From: Raillietiella orientalis
Lineage: Eukaryota
Direction: 5' to 3'
Assembly (NCBI GenBank): GCA_036172245.1
Contig: JAYWIR010000151.1
Coordinates: 1 to 61,229, forward strand
Length of the DNA stretch: 61,229 nt
How positions within the stretch are numbered: position 1 is the stretch's first letter; the number at the start of each line of letters is the position of its first letter. This document shows positions 25,004 through 37,447 of this stretch, piece by piece. The translations under genes and the position numbers were made by a program. The notes beneath the pieces were generated by a model, which saw only the letters and a list, made by a program, of their open reading frames with translations, did not search any database and had not been told where the DNA came from.

Positions 25004-28000
25004 ATTTCAATCTCCGCCTGCTAACAGGTGAGCCGGAAACACAAGTGAACGCGATGAACGAGTTGTGCGCCGCCATGCGTACGCGCAACTTGTTCGCGGG
25101 TGAGAAAGGAATAGTCCGCAGCATCGACCACGTCTTCCTGGACGCTGACCTGTGTTCACGCGTCGGCAAACGGGGGAGGGTTGTGTCGACGTTGTCGGAC
25201 CATTCCCGGCTAATTTTCGAGATGCGGCCTCGCGACAAAGGACCGCCATCCAGGGATTGGCGTCTGCCGGGGGACTGGACGCGACTCTCAGGTGCGAAGG
25301 AACACCTTCGCGAATACCTTAGAGGCGTCACGCTCTGGAATCTCCAGGACTAAGACCTTTTTAAGGAATCGGTTCGCGAGTTCTGTGAGCAGTTCCCCCT
25401 GGATCGCCTGCCCCCCGGATTCGGCGAGCGTGCTCGCAACCATCGGGCCTATTTACAGGCTCGTAGGTACGAGGGAACCCCTAATGTCCGTCGCCTGGCC
25501 GAGTACAGCGCCGGGGCCGAACGCCAAGCCTGGCAATCCGGGTCGGCCAGCTTGCTGGACGCCCAGGGCCGGGAATGTTCGTCCCCGGCGTCGGTACGGC
25601 ATCTTGTGCGGAGTTTTCATTCCTACCTTTACGGCAGGGAGCCCTCGGATCGAAACGCTTTTCGACGCTTGCTTCCGGATGGCACCCCGGCCAATAGGGG
25701 AGGAGGAGATGGAAAGCCTCGACGAGCCTTTTACCACCGGCGAAATTCTCGCCGGTATCAAAAGGCTCAAGAGGCGTAAAGCTCCAGGGGAAGACGGCTT
25801 GCCTGCGGAGTTCTTTCAGAGCTTCGCGGAAGAGCTGGCACCCCTGCTGCTTAAGTTGATCAGGCTGATCCGAGACGAAGGCGATGTTACCGCCTCGTTT
25901 CGGTCAGCCAGAGTGAGGCTCCTTCCGAAAGGGGGAGACCTCAGGAATTTAAAGAACTGGCGTCCGATCACAATCGTGAATACGGACGCCAAGTTGATAG
26001 CAGGGCTATGGGCTTCGCGTCTGGGGCAGGTGGCAGAATCCGTAATTAGCCCGGAGCAGACTTATGCTGTTTCCGGGCAAAGTATGGATGCCAACGTCTT
26101 CTTCGCAAGCACATGGGTGCACCTGCAGAGAAGAGAGAAGAAAGGGATAGGGAAAGTCGGCAACCCCACATTGGGGCCGCCAGCCGGGCTGGGAAGGGAC
26201 CCCCGGGCGGGAAAGGGGGCCCTAGCGCTCGCAGTCGATCTCCACAAGGCGTTCGACTGTGTAGACCAGGAACTTCTCTTGGAGCTCCTGGGTCGCATGG
26301 GCTTTCCACCCTCCCTGATTTCCTACCTGCGCTCTTGCTGGCGGAATGCGATAATTACCGTCTCTTTCAGCGGTCAAAAGGTGTATGGCGTGCCGGTGCG
26401 GCGGGGCATAAGGCAGGGCGATAGCCTCAGCCCCCTGCTCTTTAGCACCTACTTTGAGTTGGTGCTGAGAGCGTACAGGGTGACTTTGGCCCCCTTGCCG
26501 AGCTCGTGCCCCGGCACGCCCGCTGTAGCAGCGTACGCCGACGATCTTCTGCTCTTGTTGCCAATGTCCACCCCGAGGAAGGCGGTCGAAGACTTCTTCG
26601 ATCTGCTCAGCCGCGGGACCGGACTGCTGTTTAACAGGGCGAAGTCGTCGGTTGTGCCAATAGGTGCGGCGTGGGCAGGGCAGCAGGACTGGGTCCGTCT
26701 GGGGATCCGTACGGCGAGGTGCTTTAAGTACCTTGGTGTGCCGTTGGGGGACTTCTTCCCTGCGGAAGCGTGGTCCAGCTGCCTCCAAAAAGTCGAGACG
26801 GCGATCGGCCCGTTCCTGGAAGGCAAGTTTCACTTGCCGGAACGGGCCGCGGTTTGGAACGCCTTCGCGGCCCCCATCCTCCGCCCCTTGCTTTTTGTTT
26901 GCCCTCCCACCGTGGAATCCAAGAAAAGGACGAAGGACCTCCTTCGTATCGCCCTTTGGGGCAAGAGGAGTCCCCGAGTCCCAATTAAGGACTTGTGCTC
27001 TCCGCGTCGGGACGGCGGTCTTGGCCTCCTGACGCTGGAGCGCGTGGAGAAGCAGCTGCGGTGGCGATCCCTCGCCATCGCAGCGAAGATGTGGTGCACC
27101 CCTTGGTGCACTCCAGCCCGCCTCCTGGCCAGCCGTGTGTCCCGGTGCGATGGACTCGCGTCTTTTCTTCTCAGCCTTGCCGGAAGATGCGAAGATGCGG
27201 CCTACTGCTCGGGCGCATGGCAACATTGGCCAAGGAGAACAGCTGGATGATTTGCTGCCCCGCCAACTCCCCCGCCTGGCTGGAGGAAAATATTGGAACG
27301 TGGGCAGTGGTTAACAAGACAAGCCACGAGACGTGGAATCGTTTCCGATGCAGCCCCTACGCCCGCTGCACGCTGCGGAATCTCCTGGAGAGTCCAGCAA
27401 GATGCACGTGGGCAGAGACGACCTGTCTAGCTACGGCGCTGCCCTTCCTGAAAAGGGCACTTCACAGCAGCCGGACGCCAAGGTGGCAAGTCTCCTGCTG
27501 CATCGAGGGACGCGAAAAGTTGATCAGCGGCTGGACAACAGGAGAACTGGCAGACGCCACGACCCCGAGCGTCCAGCCGCGAGGAGTAAGAAGATGGGGC
27601 GAGCTGCTGGCCATCCCTATGGATGTGCTGAAGTGGCCCCCGCTTCTTCAGGAATCCAGGATCCTGCCTCTTAAGTGGAAAGAGTCGGCGTTGCTGTTGT
27701 TGCATTGGGGTTCACCCTGCAACGCACGCCGCTCTCACTGGACAAGAAGAGTTGTGGATCCTGCGTGTGTCAGGTGCGGAGAGCGGGAATCGCTCTCCCA
27801 CCTTATTGTGGACTGTGCTGCCCTTCGTCCCCTTTGGGAACGGTTTGGGACGATCCTCGGTCTCCCAACGGGCAGTTCCCCTAGAGACGTTCTTCGGCCC
27901 CTCTTCGTGAAGGACGCCCTGCAGCCAGCCGCAGCCCTTGCAGCCTTGTGCTGCGTCCGAGGCATCGTGGCGGCATGGAGCGACACCAACAAGGAAGGAG

Positions 28001-28140
28001 TGGGTCAACACGCGAGGGATGTCATCCCAGATGCCCAACGCTTCTTGCGGAGAGCTGCTAGATGGCCCCAACTGGGGAATCTACGGATGGACCTCGAGGG
28101 CTTCCTTCAATGGATGGGCCCTCCTCTCAGCGAACAGTGA
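25004..28140 (+). pseudogene. A3 ORF2 remainder (end of endonuclease, RT, zinc finger; frameshifted)
   Basis: ORFs 24997-25353, 25292-27250 (DLHKAFD, RQGDSLSP, YADD) and 26995-28140 (CVRCGERESLSHLIVDC). Confidence 0.9.
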
Positions 28141-28343
28141 TCCCTTCCCTGCCCCCCAACCTCACTTGTTTGTTTGCCTTTTTGTTTTTATTTTTGTTTT
28201 TCCTATTCCCTTTCGCTGCCGGGGAGTGCCACGCCGGGCTGCGTCCCGGCGTCCCGGTAGGTCCCGTGCATAAGGCCGTGAGCGGGGCCTGGTACCGCAA
28301 TTGTGGAGTTTTTATAAATAAACGCCCCGGGCGTACCCGGGTG

Positions 28344-31300
28344 GCAACGCCGAAACCTGGAGGGAGACGGTTCAGGGGAAACTGGTCGCAGAACTCGCGG
28401 ACTGAGCTCTTCAAGTCGTCCCAGTCCGCGAGCGACTGCAGATGGAAGCCTTGCAGGAACAAGCGAAGATGTTGCGCTGCTCCTGCGATGCGCAACCAGT
28501 CCCCTGGCAAACTCCACGCTGTGGTGGGTGGACCTCTACCGTGCGGGTGTATTTCTAGCGCGAGCCGGGGATGGTTGCAAAGTTCGGATGGCACTGCTTC
28601 TCGATTTCCCACCCGCGAACACAGGTGGTTGTCGAGGAACATGTGGTCGATCCTCGTCCCCTTCCCGGCGTCACCGGCCAACAAGTTGCGCGCGTGCATG
28701 GCAGCGCACATCTTGTTGATCAGTTGTGCGCGAATGTTGGGCGCACCTGCCAGCAGGCGGACGTTAAAGTCCCCGGCAATGAGGTGCGCCTTTCGTATGT
28801 CTGCTTCGGCCAGCCAATCTCGCCGCATGCCTTCGAAGAACGGAGTGCGTTCCCCGCGCCTGTGGCTCGTGCCGGGCGCGTACACGTTGGTCACGACGAG
28901 GTCGATCGCGTCGGACCACTTGGCAACAAGCTGCCCGATTTGACCTTCCCCGTCGAAGTGCACGTCGCGCAGCGCATCAACGACGGCTGGCTTCAGCATG
29001 AAAGCCACACCGCGAGTGCGGTCTTTCTTGTTTTGGTATACGAGCCGCCCGCCTGCGATCCGTTCGATTTCCTGGGCCTCCCCTGCGTGGAGCACGTGCG
29101 TCTCCTGCAGAAGCGCCAGGTCGAAGTCCCGCAGGCTGGCGGCCACTTCTCTCCTCTTGCGGTCGTCGCGCAACCCGTTGACGTTCCAACAGATTACGCG
29201 CAGTCGCCGGCAGGAGGAGAGTCCACGCGTTGGTGTGTTTATTGTGCTTGCTTACCGTCCTCCGCCTGCTGTTCAGCAGGCGGGAGTTGTGTATCCATTG
29301 CGACGGGCTGTTGCTCGAAAGGAGGCGGTCCGTCGGTAATTGTGGTGGAGGTTGGAGGATCCTGCTTGGCCAGGGATTTCTCCGGCGAGGAGAAGCGAGA
29401 CCTTGCGGACATCGCCTCCCCGTCGTCGTGGTCCGACCGCATTTCCTCCTCCGCCGGTGGAGGTGCGGAGCGAAGCGGGTTGCCTACCTTGCGGCCCGCT
29501 TTGCGCTTCGGGAGAGCGACAGCCGGAGAGTTGCCGGCTTCGGCTTCGGACTAAGAAGTCTCCGGTCCTTTCGCCTCATACGGACGCCTCAAGGCCTTCT
29601 TCTGGGCCTTGGGAGGCTGCTGGAGCATGGCTGCCAACTCTTCCGCCGCCTTGTTGAAGTCCCGGTCGTCGCTGCTCACGCTGGGCTCGCGACTTTGTCG
29701 CGGCGTCGGCGTTCGCGCGGCGGCGGGTTGTTCACACCCGGATGTGCCGGGGCATTTATTTCATAGAAATAAAATTACAGAAAAATGTCGCGTGGCGAAC
29801 CCGAAGGTTCACCACTCCAAAACAGCTTGCTGGTTACCGGCTCCGTGCCGGAGAGGTCCTTCCGATGCGCGGGGATTAGAAATAAAGAAAAACAAAAAGA
29901 AACAAAAAGTTCAAATGTGGGGGGGAACAAATGTTGTAGGGGTGGGAGGGCGGGGAAGGGATCACGGTGCGCGTGGAGAGGTCCTCTAGATCCTATTCAG
30001 GATCCGCACAAGCTGAGTCCTTTCAGCGCCCAAGTGGCGCCACTTGCAGACACTGCGCGCGAAAAGGCGAGTCCAGTGTAAGGCGTTGCCGGTTGGCTGA
30101 CGCCTTCTTCTGGTGGCGTTCCAAGCTGCCACTATTCCTCTGATGCAGCCGAGGACTGCTACACTAGCGGGCGGGGACAAGGCGTCACTACAGAAGAGGC
30201 GCCTGAAAACGTCCTTTGGGCCGCATCCGCGCAAGTCCAGGATCGCCGCGAGACGATCCCATAAAGGGCGGATGGCACTGCACTCGATGAGAAGGTGGGA
30301 GAAGGTCTCTTTTTCCCCGCACCGGTCACAATAAGGATCCACAGCCCCCCGGGTTGTGTGATGAAGGCGTGCTTTGAATGGAAGTCCCCAGAAAACCACA
30401 AGCAACGCCACATCCTGCCATTTCAGGGGGAGGGATGCACTGTTCCAGGACGCTGGGGGCCACTTCATCTCCTCCGGAGATAGTCCGAGTAGCTCGCCCC
30501 AGCGTCGAATTCCGTTGGGCGGGACACTCGGCGTCGCAGCGTCAGCTAGCTGCCGAGATGTCCACGCCTTTATCGAGTGTGTCCTGCCGCCTATAGTGCA
30601 GGACACGGTCCATTTCCCCTGCTCGCTACTGTCCCTGGCATTCACAAGGAAGGGCAGCACTGGGGCGAGGGGGTTATCAAGGCCCACAGAAGCTTGTCGT
30701 GGGACTGCACGATCTCCTGCAGCGTCCAGCGGGCGTGCCTTTTCATACAAGTGTTCCTTGTGCCCGCCGGAACGTGGATCTTTACCCAGGTGGAGACTGA
30801 CTCGTGCACCCAGGCGGAGTAGTTCCCTGGGAGGCAGGAGATCCAGGCGTTCTCCCGAACCGCAACAAAGATGCGTCGCAGCATAGAGCCACAGTATGGT
30901 CTTCTGCAGACGCGCGCAGACAGAAACGACAAAAGTCCGCCGATTCCGCAGGCTTGTTGGGCCAGGAGGCGTGCTGGAACGCACCAAGGCGTGTCCCACA
31001 ATTCTGCCGCAAGGGCGAGAGTCCTGAATCGAAGTTGTATTTCGATGCGCTCCAGCGTAAGTAAGCCAAGTCTACCGTCATTACGTGGAGCGCACAAGTC
31101 TTTGAGCCTCACACGGGACCTCCCTTTGCCCCAAAGGACTGTCCTCAGGAGGCCCGCTGCTCGTTTCCGAATAAAATAAGGGGCGGGGCAAACAAAAAGT
31201 AGGGGGCGAAGGAGGGGAGTTGCGAACGCGTTCCACACCGCGGCCCGTTCCTGCAACTAGAACTTGCCTTCTTGGAACGGACCGATCGCCAACGCTGCCT

Positions 31301-33272
31301 TTTGGAGACGGTCGGACCAGGCTTCTGCTGCGCAGAAGTCCCCCAACGGTACGCCGAGGTACTTGAAGCACCTGCCCGTGGGGATCCCCAAGCGGATCCA
31401 GTCCGACTGTCCAGCCCACGCCGAACCGACGAAGACCATGGACGACTTCGCCCTGTTCACCTCCAGGCCCGTCCCGCGGCGCAGCAACTCGAAGAAGTCC
31501 TCGAGTGCACTCGCCGGGGTGGACCCGGGAAGCAGCAGCAGAAGATCGTCTGCATAGGCCGACACGGCAGGCGTTTCGGCACACGAGCTCGGCAGGGTTG
31601 CCAGAGTTACCCTGTATGCCCTCAGCACCAACTCGAAGTAGATGCTGAAGAGCAAGGGGCTCAGGCTGTCACCCTGCCGGATGCCGCGGCGTACGGGCAC
31701 GTCGTACACGTGCCGGCCGCTGAAACCGATATTGATTGACGCGTTGCGCCAGCAGGAGCGCAGGTAAGATTGAAGCACGGCAGAGAAACCCATGCGTTCC
31801 AGGAGCTCCAGAAGGAGATCCTGGTCGACGCAGTCGAATGCTTTGTGCAAATCGACCGCGACGGCAAAGGCTCCCGCCGAGTCCATCCCACCCTCTGCCC
31901 GATCTTCTTAGTCAGAGGGGGGCGCGAGGCTCCCTTGACCGTCCTGTGCAACGCGTTGTCGCAACTGCCACCATGAGCTGGCGAGGAGCAGGTTGGCCTC
32001 CATGGTTCGTTCGGGAACAGCATAGGTCTGCTCGGGACTCACCACGGAAGCGGCCACCCGCAACAAACGCTCAGCCCACAACTTGGCATACAACTTTGCG
32101 TCCGCATTCACTACTGTGATGGGACGCCAGTTGCCAATGTTGCGGTCAAATGCACTACGATCGAATTGTCGGCCGTGAACGGGAAGATCCTTCTCCCGTT
32201 CACGGTGACCGGCAGGCGGAGCAGCTGCTGAGCCATCCCTGCAGACTTGCAGTTCAGCTCTGCCAGCCTTCCTCGTCGGCAGTCTTTTCCGGGAGCTCCT
32301 GTACCGAGTCCCTTTCCTGCTGCGCGACTTTTGTCGGAGCCGACGGCTGATCCCGTTATGTGGGGTTTATCACTATTTTTGCCTTCTCTTCCTTCTTTTG
32401 CGGAAGTTCCGGCGTTGCAGCGACGTTCATCGGGCACACCACTTTGGTGTGGCTTCTCAGGCCTCACGTTGGGCAAACTGCGTCCGGACACTGCTTTTTC
32501 AAATGCCCGAACGACTTACAATTGCCACAAAATTTAGGTTTCCCCACAAACCAAATGTCGACGAACTCGTCGTTAATTTGGAGCTTGTGGGGAAGCTGTA
32601 CGCTTTCTCGAAGCGTCACGGGTGCGCCTACTCGCCCACTAAATGCACCGTTCACTCCGAAGGTGTTGGGCTTTCTTCACATCGCGAGAACGCTTGCGAA
32701 TTTTTCCAGTTCAGCGCGGATGGCGTTCTCATCCATCAGCACTGTTGTCCCTGTTAGGTGGACCACAATGAAGTAGTCCACCGTGTGTGGGAGTAAATTC
32801 CTGCCCTCAAATTGTACGGGCGTGCAGAGCATCTTGTGGTTAAGAGCTGCATCCTTGCAGATGAGCTCCGCCAAATGCCCTCCGCTCCGCAGTGATAGGC
32901 AAAGGATTTCATGGTCGGCAATGCCCATCTTTTTGATGGTATTGCCGAACTTTTGCGGCCTTAACGGGGAATATAAATTTACTACCTTGTACAGGAGGGC
33001 CGAATTGTAGCCCTCTTGGATGTAGGATTGGATTTCGTCGGCGACATCGGGCGTTTCCGCCGCTGCCACCGCGCTCCAGGCCCTTGCCGTAGTGGCGGGT
33101 TCAGAAGAAGTGGTGGGGCGTGATCCCACCTCCTTTGGTTTAGGAGACGCGGTCTTCCCGCCTCCCTCACTTGGAACTGCAGCGTTCACAGGCATTTCTG
33201 CCTGTCAACGGCCGCGAAACACACACGGAACACCAGAAAATAAAAACTCCCTATCCAAGGAGCGCGCAACAA
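28344..33272 (-). mobile_element. Probable family D copy D2, 5' half (ORF1 33195-32276 and 29730-29239; endonuclease about 29229-28344), interrupted by G
   Basis: ORF1 pieces 32677-33195 and 32464-32655 (CGNCKSFGHLKKQC); APE ORF 28127-29173 (LQETH, NVYAP, GDFN). Joining the two parts and assigning them to D is inferred from junction positions, because there is no overlap with D1. Confidence 0.65.
29733..32275 (-). mobile_element. Family G (D-related) internally deleted copy: short ORF1 fragment fused to the RT-zinc finger 3' half
   Basis: WRPITVVNADAK near 32130, DLHKAFD, YADD and CDRCGEKETFSHLLIEC; terminal AATAAA-TGCCCCGGCACATCCGGGTG at 29760-29735. Confidence 0.85.
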
Positions 33273-33274
33273 TT

Positions 33275-33562
33275 GCGTCCGCCGTGCACCGCGCAGTCAG
33301 ACGCTACTACTTCTGGTTGTACGCAAAGGAGTCCACGGAATGCAGTCTCTTTGAGCTGCTTCTTCCGACGGGTAACCCTGCTATCGACGAAGAGGAACAC
33401 GCCAGATTAGATTGGCCCTTCAAGGCGGAAGAAGTATCTTCCGCTATAGCGGGCCTGATGAGGCGTAAGGCGCCTAGGGAGGATGGCCTGCCCACGGATT
33501 TCTTTCAGTGTTTCCCGGCGGAGGTCGTCCTTCTGGTGCTAAGCCTTTTCTCTCTGATGCGT
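33275..33562 (+). mobile_element. Copy E2, first fragment (ORF2 linker and RT start)
   Basis: AVRRYYFWLYAKES...RRKAPREDGLP...LFSLMR; continues as SLMRETGDVP at 50736. Confidence 0.8.
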
Positions 33563-35772
33563 TTTAAACCCGGTTGCGCCGGGACGTTTATTTGTGAAAA
33601 CGAACCACAATCTTCAAGGCAAATTCATCCTTTCTAGACACAAGAAACGCCCATACAGAAAGTTCAGTTCAGAAAGATCACCGGCACGCAGGTTGCCTTC
33701 CAAAAGAAAGGAACAGAGGAAGAGGGATACAAAATAAGCAAAACATGAGAAAACAAACAAAGAAACAGTGGAGGTTGGGGTCAGGGATCCATGGTAGTAA
33801 ACGTTCCTGATCTTTCTAGAAGCGCTGTTTGACAATGGCGAATTCCCTGGAGACTTTTCTGCGCAGATGAGGCCACTTGACAGCTGCTTTCATAAGGTTC
33901 GTAGCGATTCTAACGGCGTCCGTTCGCTGCGAGCTTCCTTCTAGTTTACGGCGAGCGATCACGATGGCGCGGATGCAAGAGATTGTTGCGATAACAGCGC
34001 ATTTATTTAGTCCGTCTTTGCTGAATAAGCGTCGAAGCAGGTCTGTGGCAGTGTCCTGAGGACGACGAAGTGCCGAAGCAAGTCTCCGCCATAACTCCCG
34101 CAAGTCATTACACTCAAGGAGCAGGTGCGTAAGCGATTCTATCGCCCCGCACCTGAGGCAGTTCGGGGAGACGACTTTCCCTGTAACCAAGTTTCTGCGC
34201 TTATTGCACTAGAATCCCCAGTGCAGAAAAAGAAGAACATCCTGTTTCCATCGAAGCGGGAACACGAAGCTGTCCACACACAAGGAAGGGACCACGAGTT
34301 CTTCGGGGAGTAATCCAAGAACCTCACTCCAACGAAGAAGTCCCTTTGCCAGATTACGAGGAGTGGCAGCGACTACTAACACGCTCGTTCTGCAGCGGCT
34401 CAGCAGACTTCCCATTTCTGCAATGCTGCAGAAGAACTCCCATTTTGCCGGTTGGCTACTGTCGTTGTTTGCTCTGAGAGCAGACAGCGCTGCGGCGATA
34501 AGTAAGACGACTATCCGGGACCAAAGCGACCAGTCCCTTAGGATCACTCCTAGCGGTTTGCGTAAGATACCCTGTAAGGGTCGCAGTTGCTGTGGGCGCA
34601 CATCCAAAGTGGACGTCCAGTGCTCCGAAGCTTCCTGCTGCCAAGCATTCCAATTGGAGGGGCGGCAGGAAATCCAGGAATGGGCTAACAGCAACGAGGA
34701 CAAGTGCCTCAGTGGATAGCCAAATCCAGTTCTCCGGCGAAGGTTGCGCGGCAGCAACGAAAGCAATCCTGCACTGCCGACACATCGCTGGAGAATATGG
34801 CGAGCCGGAGCACACCAGTGACTTGACCACAATTTCCCACGTAGGAATAGAAGCCGGAACTGCACTTGCAGTTCAATCTTCTGGATAGTCAGGATGCCCA
34901 GGCCTGCGTGCTGGCATGGCGCCACCAAATCTTTGAGGCGAACCCTGGATCGGGCAGCGCCCCACAAGACCTTACGTAGGAGACGCTTCGCCCGGAGTTT
35001 AACCAAATAGGGAGGCGGGCAAACAAAAAATAAGGGGCGGAGGAGGGGTAAAAGAAAAGTGTTCCATATGCACTCTTTTTCCAACAAGACAAACTTGCCT
35101 TCCAGGAACGGGCCTAGAGCCATCTCTGCCTTTTGAAGACAGGCCGACCACGATTCAGACGAGCAGAAGTCGCTTAACGGTACGTCAAGGTACTTGAAGT
35201 ACCTGAGCGTGGGGATTCCCAGGCGGATCCAGTCGACCTGTCCCTTCCACGACGCACCCATGGGCACGACGGACCACTTCGCCCTGTTAACGCTCATGCC
35301 CGCTCCACGACGGATCAGCTCGAAGAAGTCTTGGACCGAGTTCGGCGGATTAGACATGGTCAACAGAAGCAGAAGGTGGTCGGCGTATGCTGCCGCGGAC
35401 GGAGTGCACGAAGAGGCGCTGGGCAGAACGGCCAGCGTCTGCCTGTACGCTCTTAGCACCAACTAAAAGTAGATGCTGAAGAGCAACGGGCTTAAGCTGT
35501 CGCCCTGCCTGATGCCTCTGCGCACGGCCACTCCGTACACACGGGAGCCACTGAAATGCAAGTTGATCATCGCGTGGCGCTACCAGGAGCGCAAGTACAG
35601 GAGAAGATGATTCGAAAGCCCAAGACGCTTCAGGAGCCCCAAGAGGAGTTCCTGGTTTTCACAGTCGAACGCCTTGTGCGCTCTAGGGTGGACGTGTTTT
35701 CTCGGTGCTCCTCGTGCCAGGAAGTCTCCCTCAGTGCAAGCGTCGTGTGATTCGGTGGTCGATCAGGCAGCT

Positions 35773-37433
35773 ATGCCTGACGCGACCACCAGGGATGGCC
35801 AGAGGGCAGCGGCAACGCCGCCCCCAGAGGCGATGGAGAGCCAGGGGGCGGCGGAAACGTCGCCCCCATAGGCGATGGAGGTGAGGGCATCCGCATCCAC
35901 AGAATCGGTCCCCTCTGCAGCGCGGGCGTGGAGCGCCGTTCTGTCGGCGCCATCGCCTGCAGCCGCGGCGGAATTGTCGGCCTATGTAGAGGAGGGGTAC
36001 AACCCCTCATTGTTCTACAAGGTAGGCAATTTATATTCTTTAGAGAGCGCGTGCGCCTTCTCGAAGGGCATGCGCGCTCTCGATGTGAAAGAGGAGGAGC
36101 TCAGCGCTATGACCATCCGCAGCGGGGGTCAGTACGTTGAGGTCATCTGCAAACATGCAGAGCTGGCCCAACGACTGCTTAAAACCCCCGTTGTGATGGG
36201 GACGCGCAGGGTTCAACTCACTACGGCGGACCGCAGCATGGTGGTCCACCTGTTAGGCGTGACCGCGCGAATGCGCAAAGACCAGGTTCGCGCCGCTTTG
36301 GAACAGTTTGGAACGGTCCACGCTCAGTGGACGAAAGTTAGTCCTCTCGGAGACTACACGGGGCTGCAACACGGCCTCACTGCTGCGCGCATGACCGTTC
36401 GGGAGGGCTGCACTCTTCCCCACAAACTGGTGGTCGAAGGCGAAACCGTCGAAATCTGGTATGTGGGGAAGCCGAAATACTGTGGCTTCTGCAATACGTC
36501 GGGCCACCTCAAAAAAAGGTGTCCCAATGTGCAGTGCCAAGTATGCGGCACAATGGGCCACACGAGGGAGGTGTGCCCAAAAGCAGCAGTGCGGGTGGTT
36601 TACAAGAGAAACCTTAAAAAACGCGCCCGGCTTCTGCAGAAAAGACTGGAGGCGAAAGCTGCCGCGAAGGCTGTGCCACCCGCGCCCAAGACCCAGGCCG
36701 CACCCGAGACCCCGGCGACCAACGCCGAAAAAGTTGAGGGAGCCGGCCAGGAGACTGAGTGGCAAGTGGCAACAGCCAAAAAATCAAAGAAGGAGAGGAG
36801 GATGGAAAAGAAAATCGCCTACCAACAGAAGAAGAAAGAGCAGGGTAGCGCGATAATTAAAGAGTGCAGCGTCGTTGTCGAACGCGTTCTCGATGTTGCC
36901 GAACGCTGCCGGAAAGAATTCGCCGCTACCGACGACCTCCCTCTGTTGACACAGTCAACAGCGAGGGGAGCGAGCCGGCGGCGGCGTCCGTCATCGACAC
37001 CACCATCGATGACGTAGCCTTCGCGCGAGCCGCGGAGGAGCTGGCAGCCTCGTTGCAGCCAGAACCCTCCAAGGCTGGCAAGAAGGCCGTAAGGCGTCCG
37101 GCCTCCCCTCAGGAGTCCCCCACTTCCTACCCCGAGGTGGAGGCCGGAAGCGCAGCCTCCGTTTCCACAGAACCGCGCAAGAAGGCTGGACGTAAGTCCA
37201 CAAAGCCAAGGAAGCTCGTCTCCCCCGCCGAAGGGGAAGAGATGGCTTCCGCAAGCGAGGGTGCCATGAGCGTGCGAAACTCTCGGGACCCGTCGCCCGA
37301 GAGACTCCCACGCACGGACACGGAGGGGATGGAGGGGGTGGAGGCCGAACAGGTGCCTCAGGTGCCTGAGAAGGCCGAAACCCCCATGGACATCCCGCCC
37401 GCCTCGCAAGAGGAGGGCTCCACCACACCTTAA
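35773..37433 (+). pseudogene. C1 ORF1 (TAG at 35869-35871, frameshift near 36940)
   Basis: ORF 35875-37017 has CGFCNTSGHLKKRC and CQVCGTMGHTREVC. Confidence 0.88.
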
Positions 37434-37447
37434 TCTTCCCAGCAGTA

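Larger units (their letters stand above)
16775..28343 (+). mobile_element. Family A copy A3, full length but interrupted by B2
   Basis: GGACGTG at 16791; ORF1 16877-18628; APE 18629-19096; ORF2 resumes 25004-28140 with YADD; terminal AATAAA and hairpin at 28317-28343. Confidence 0.92.
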
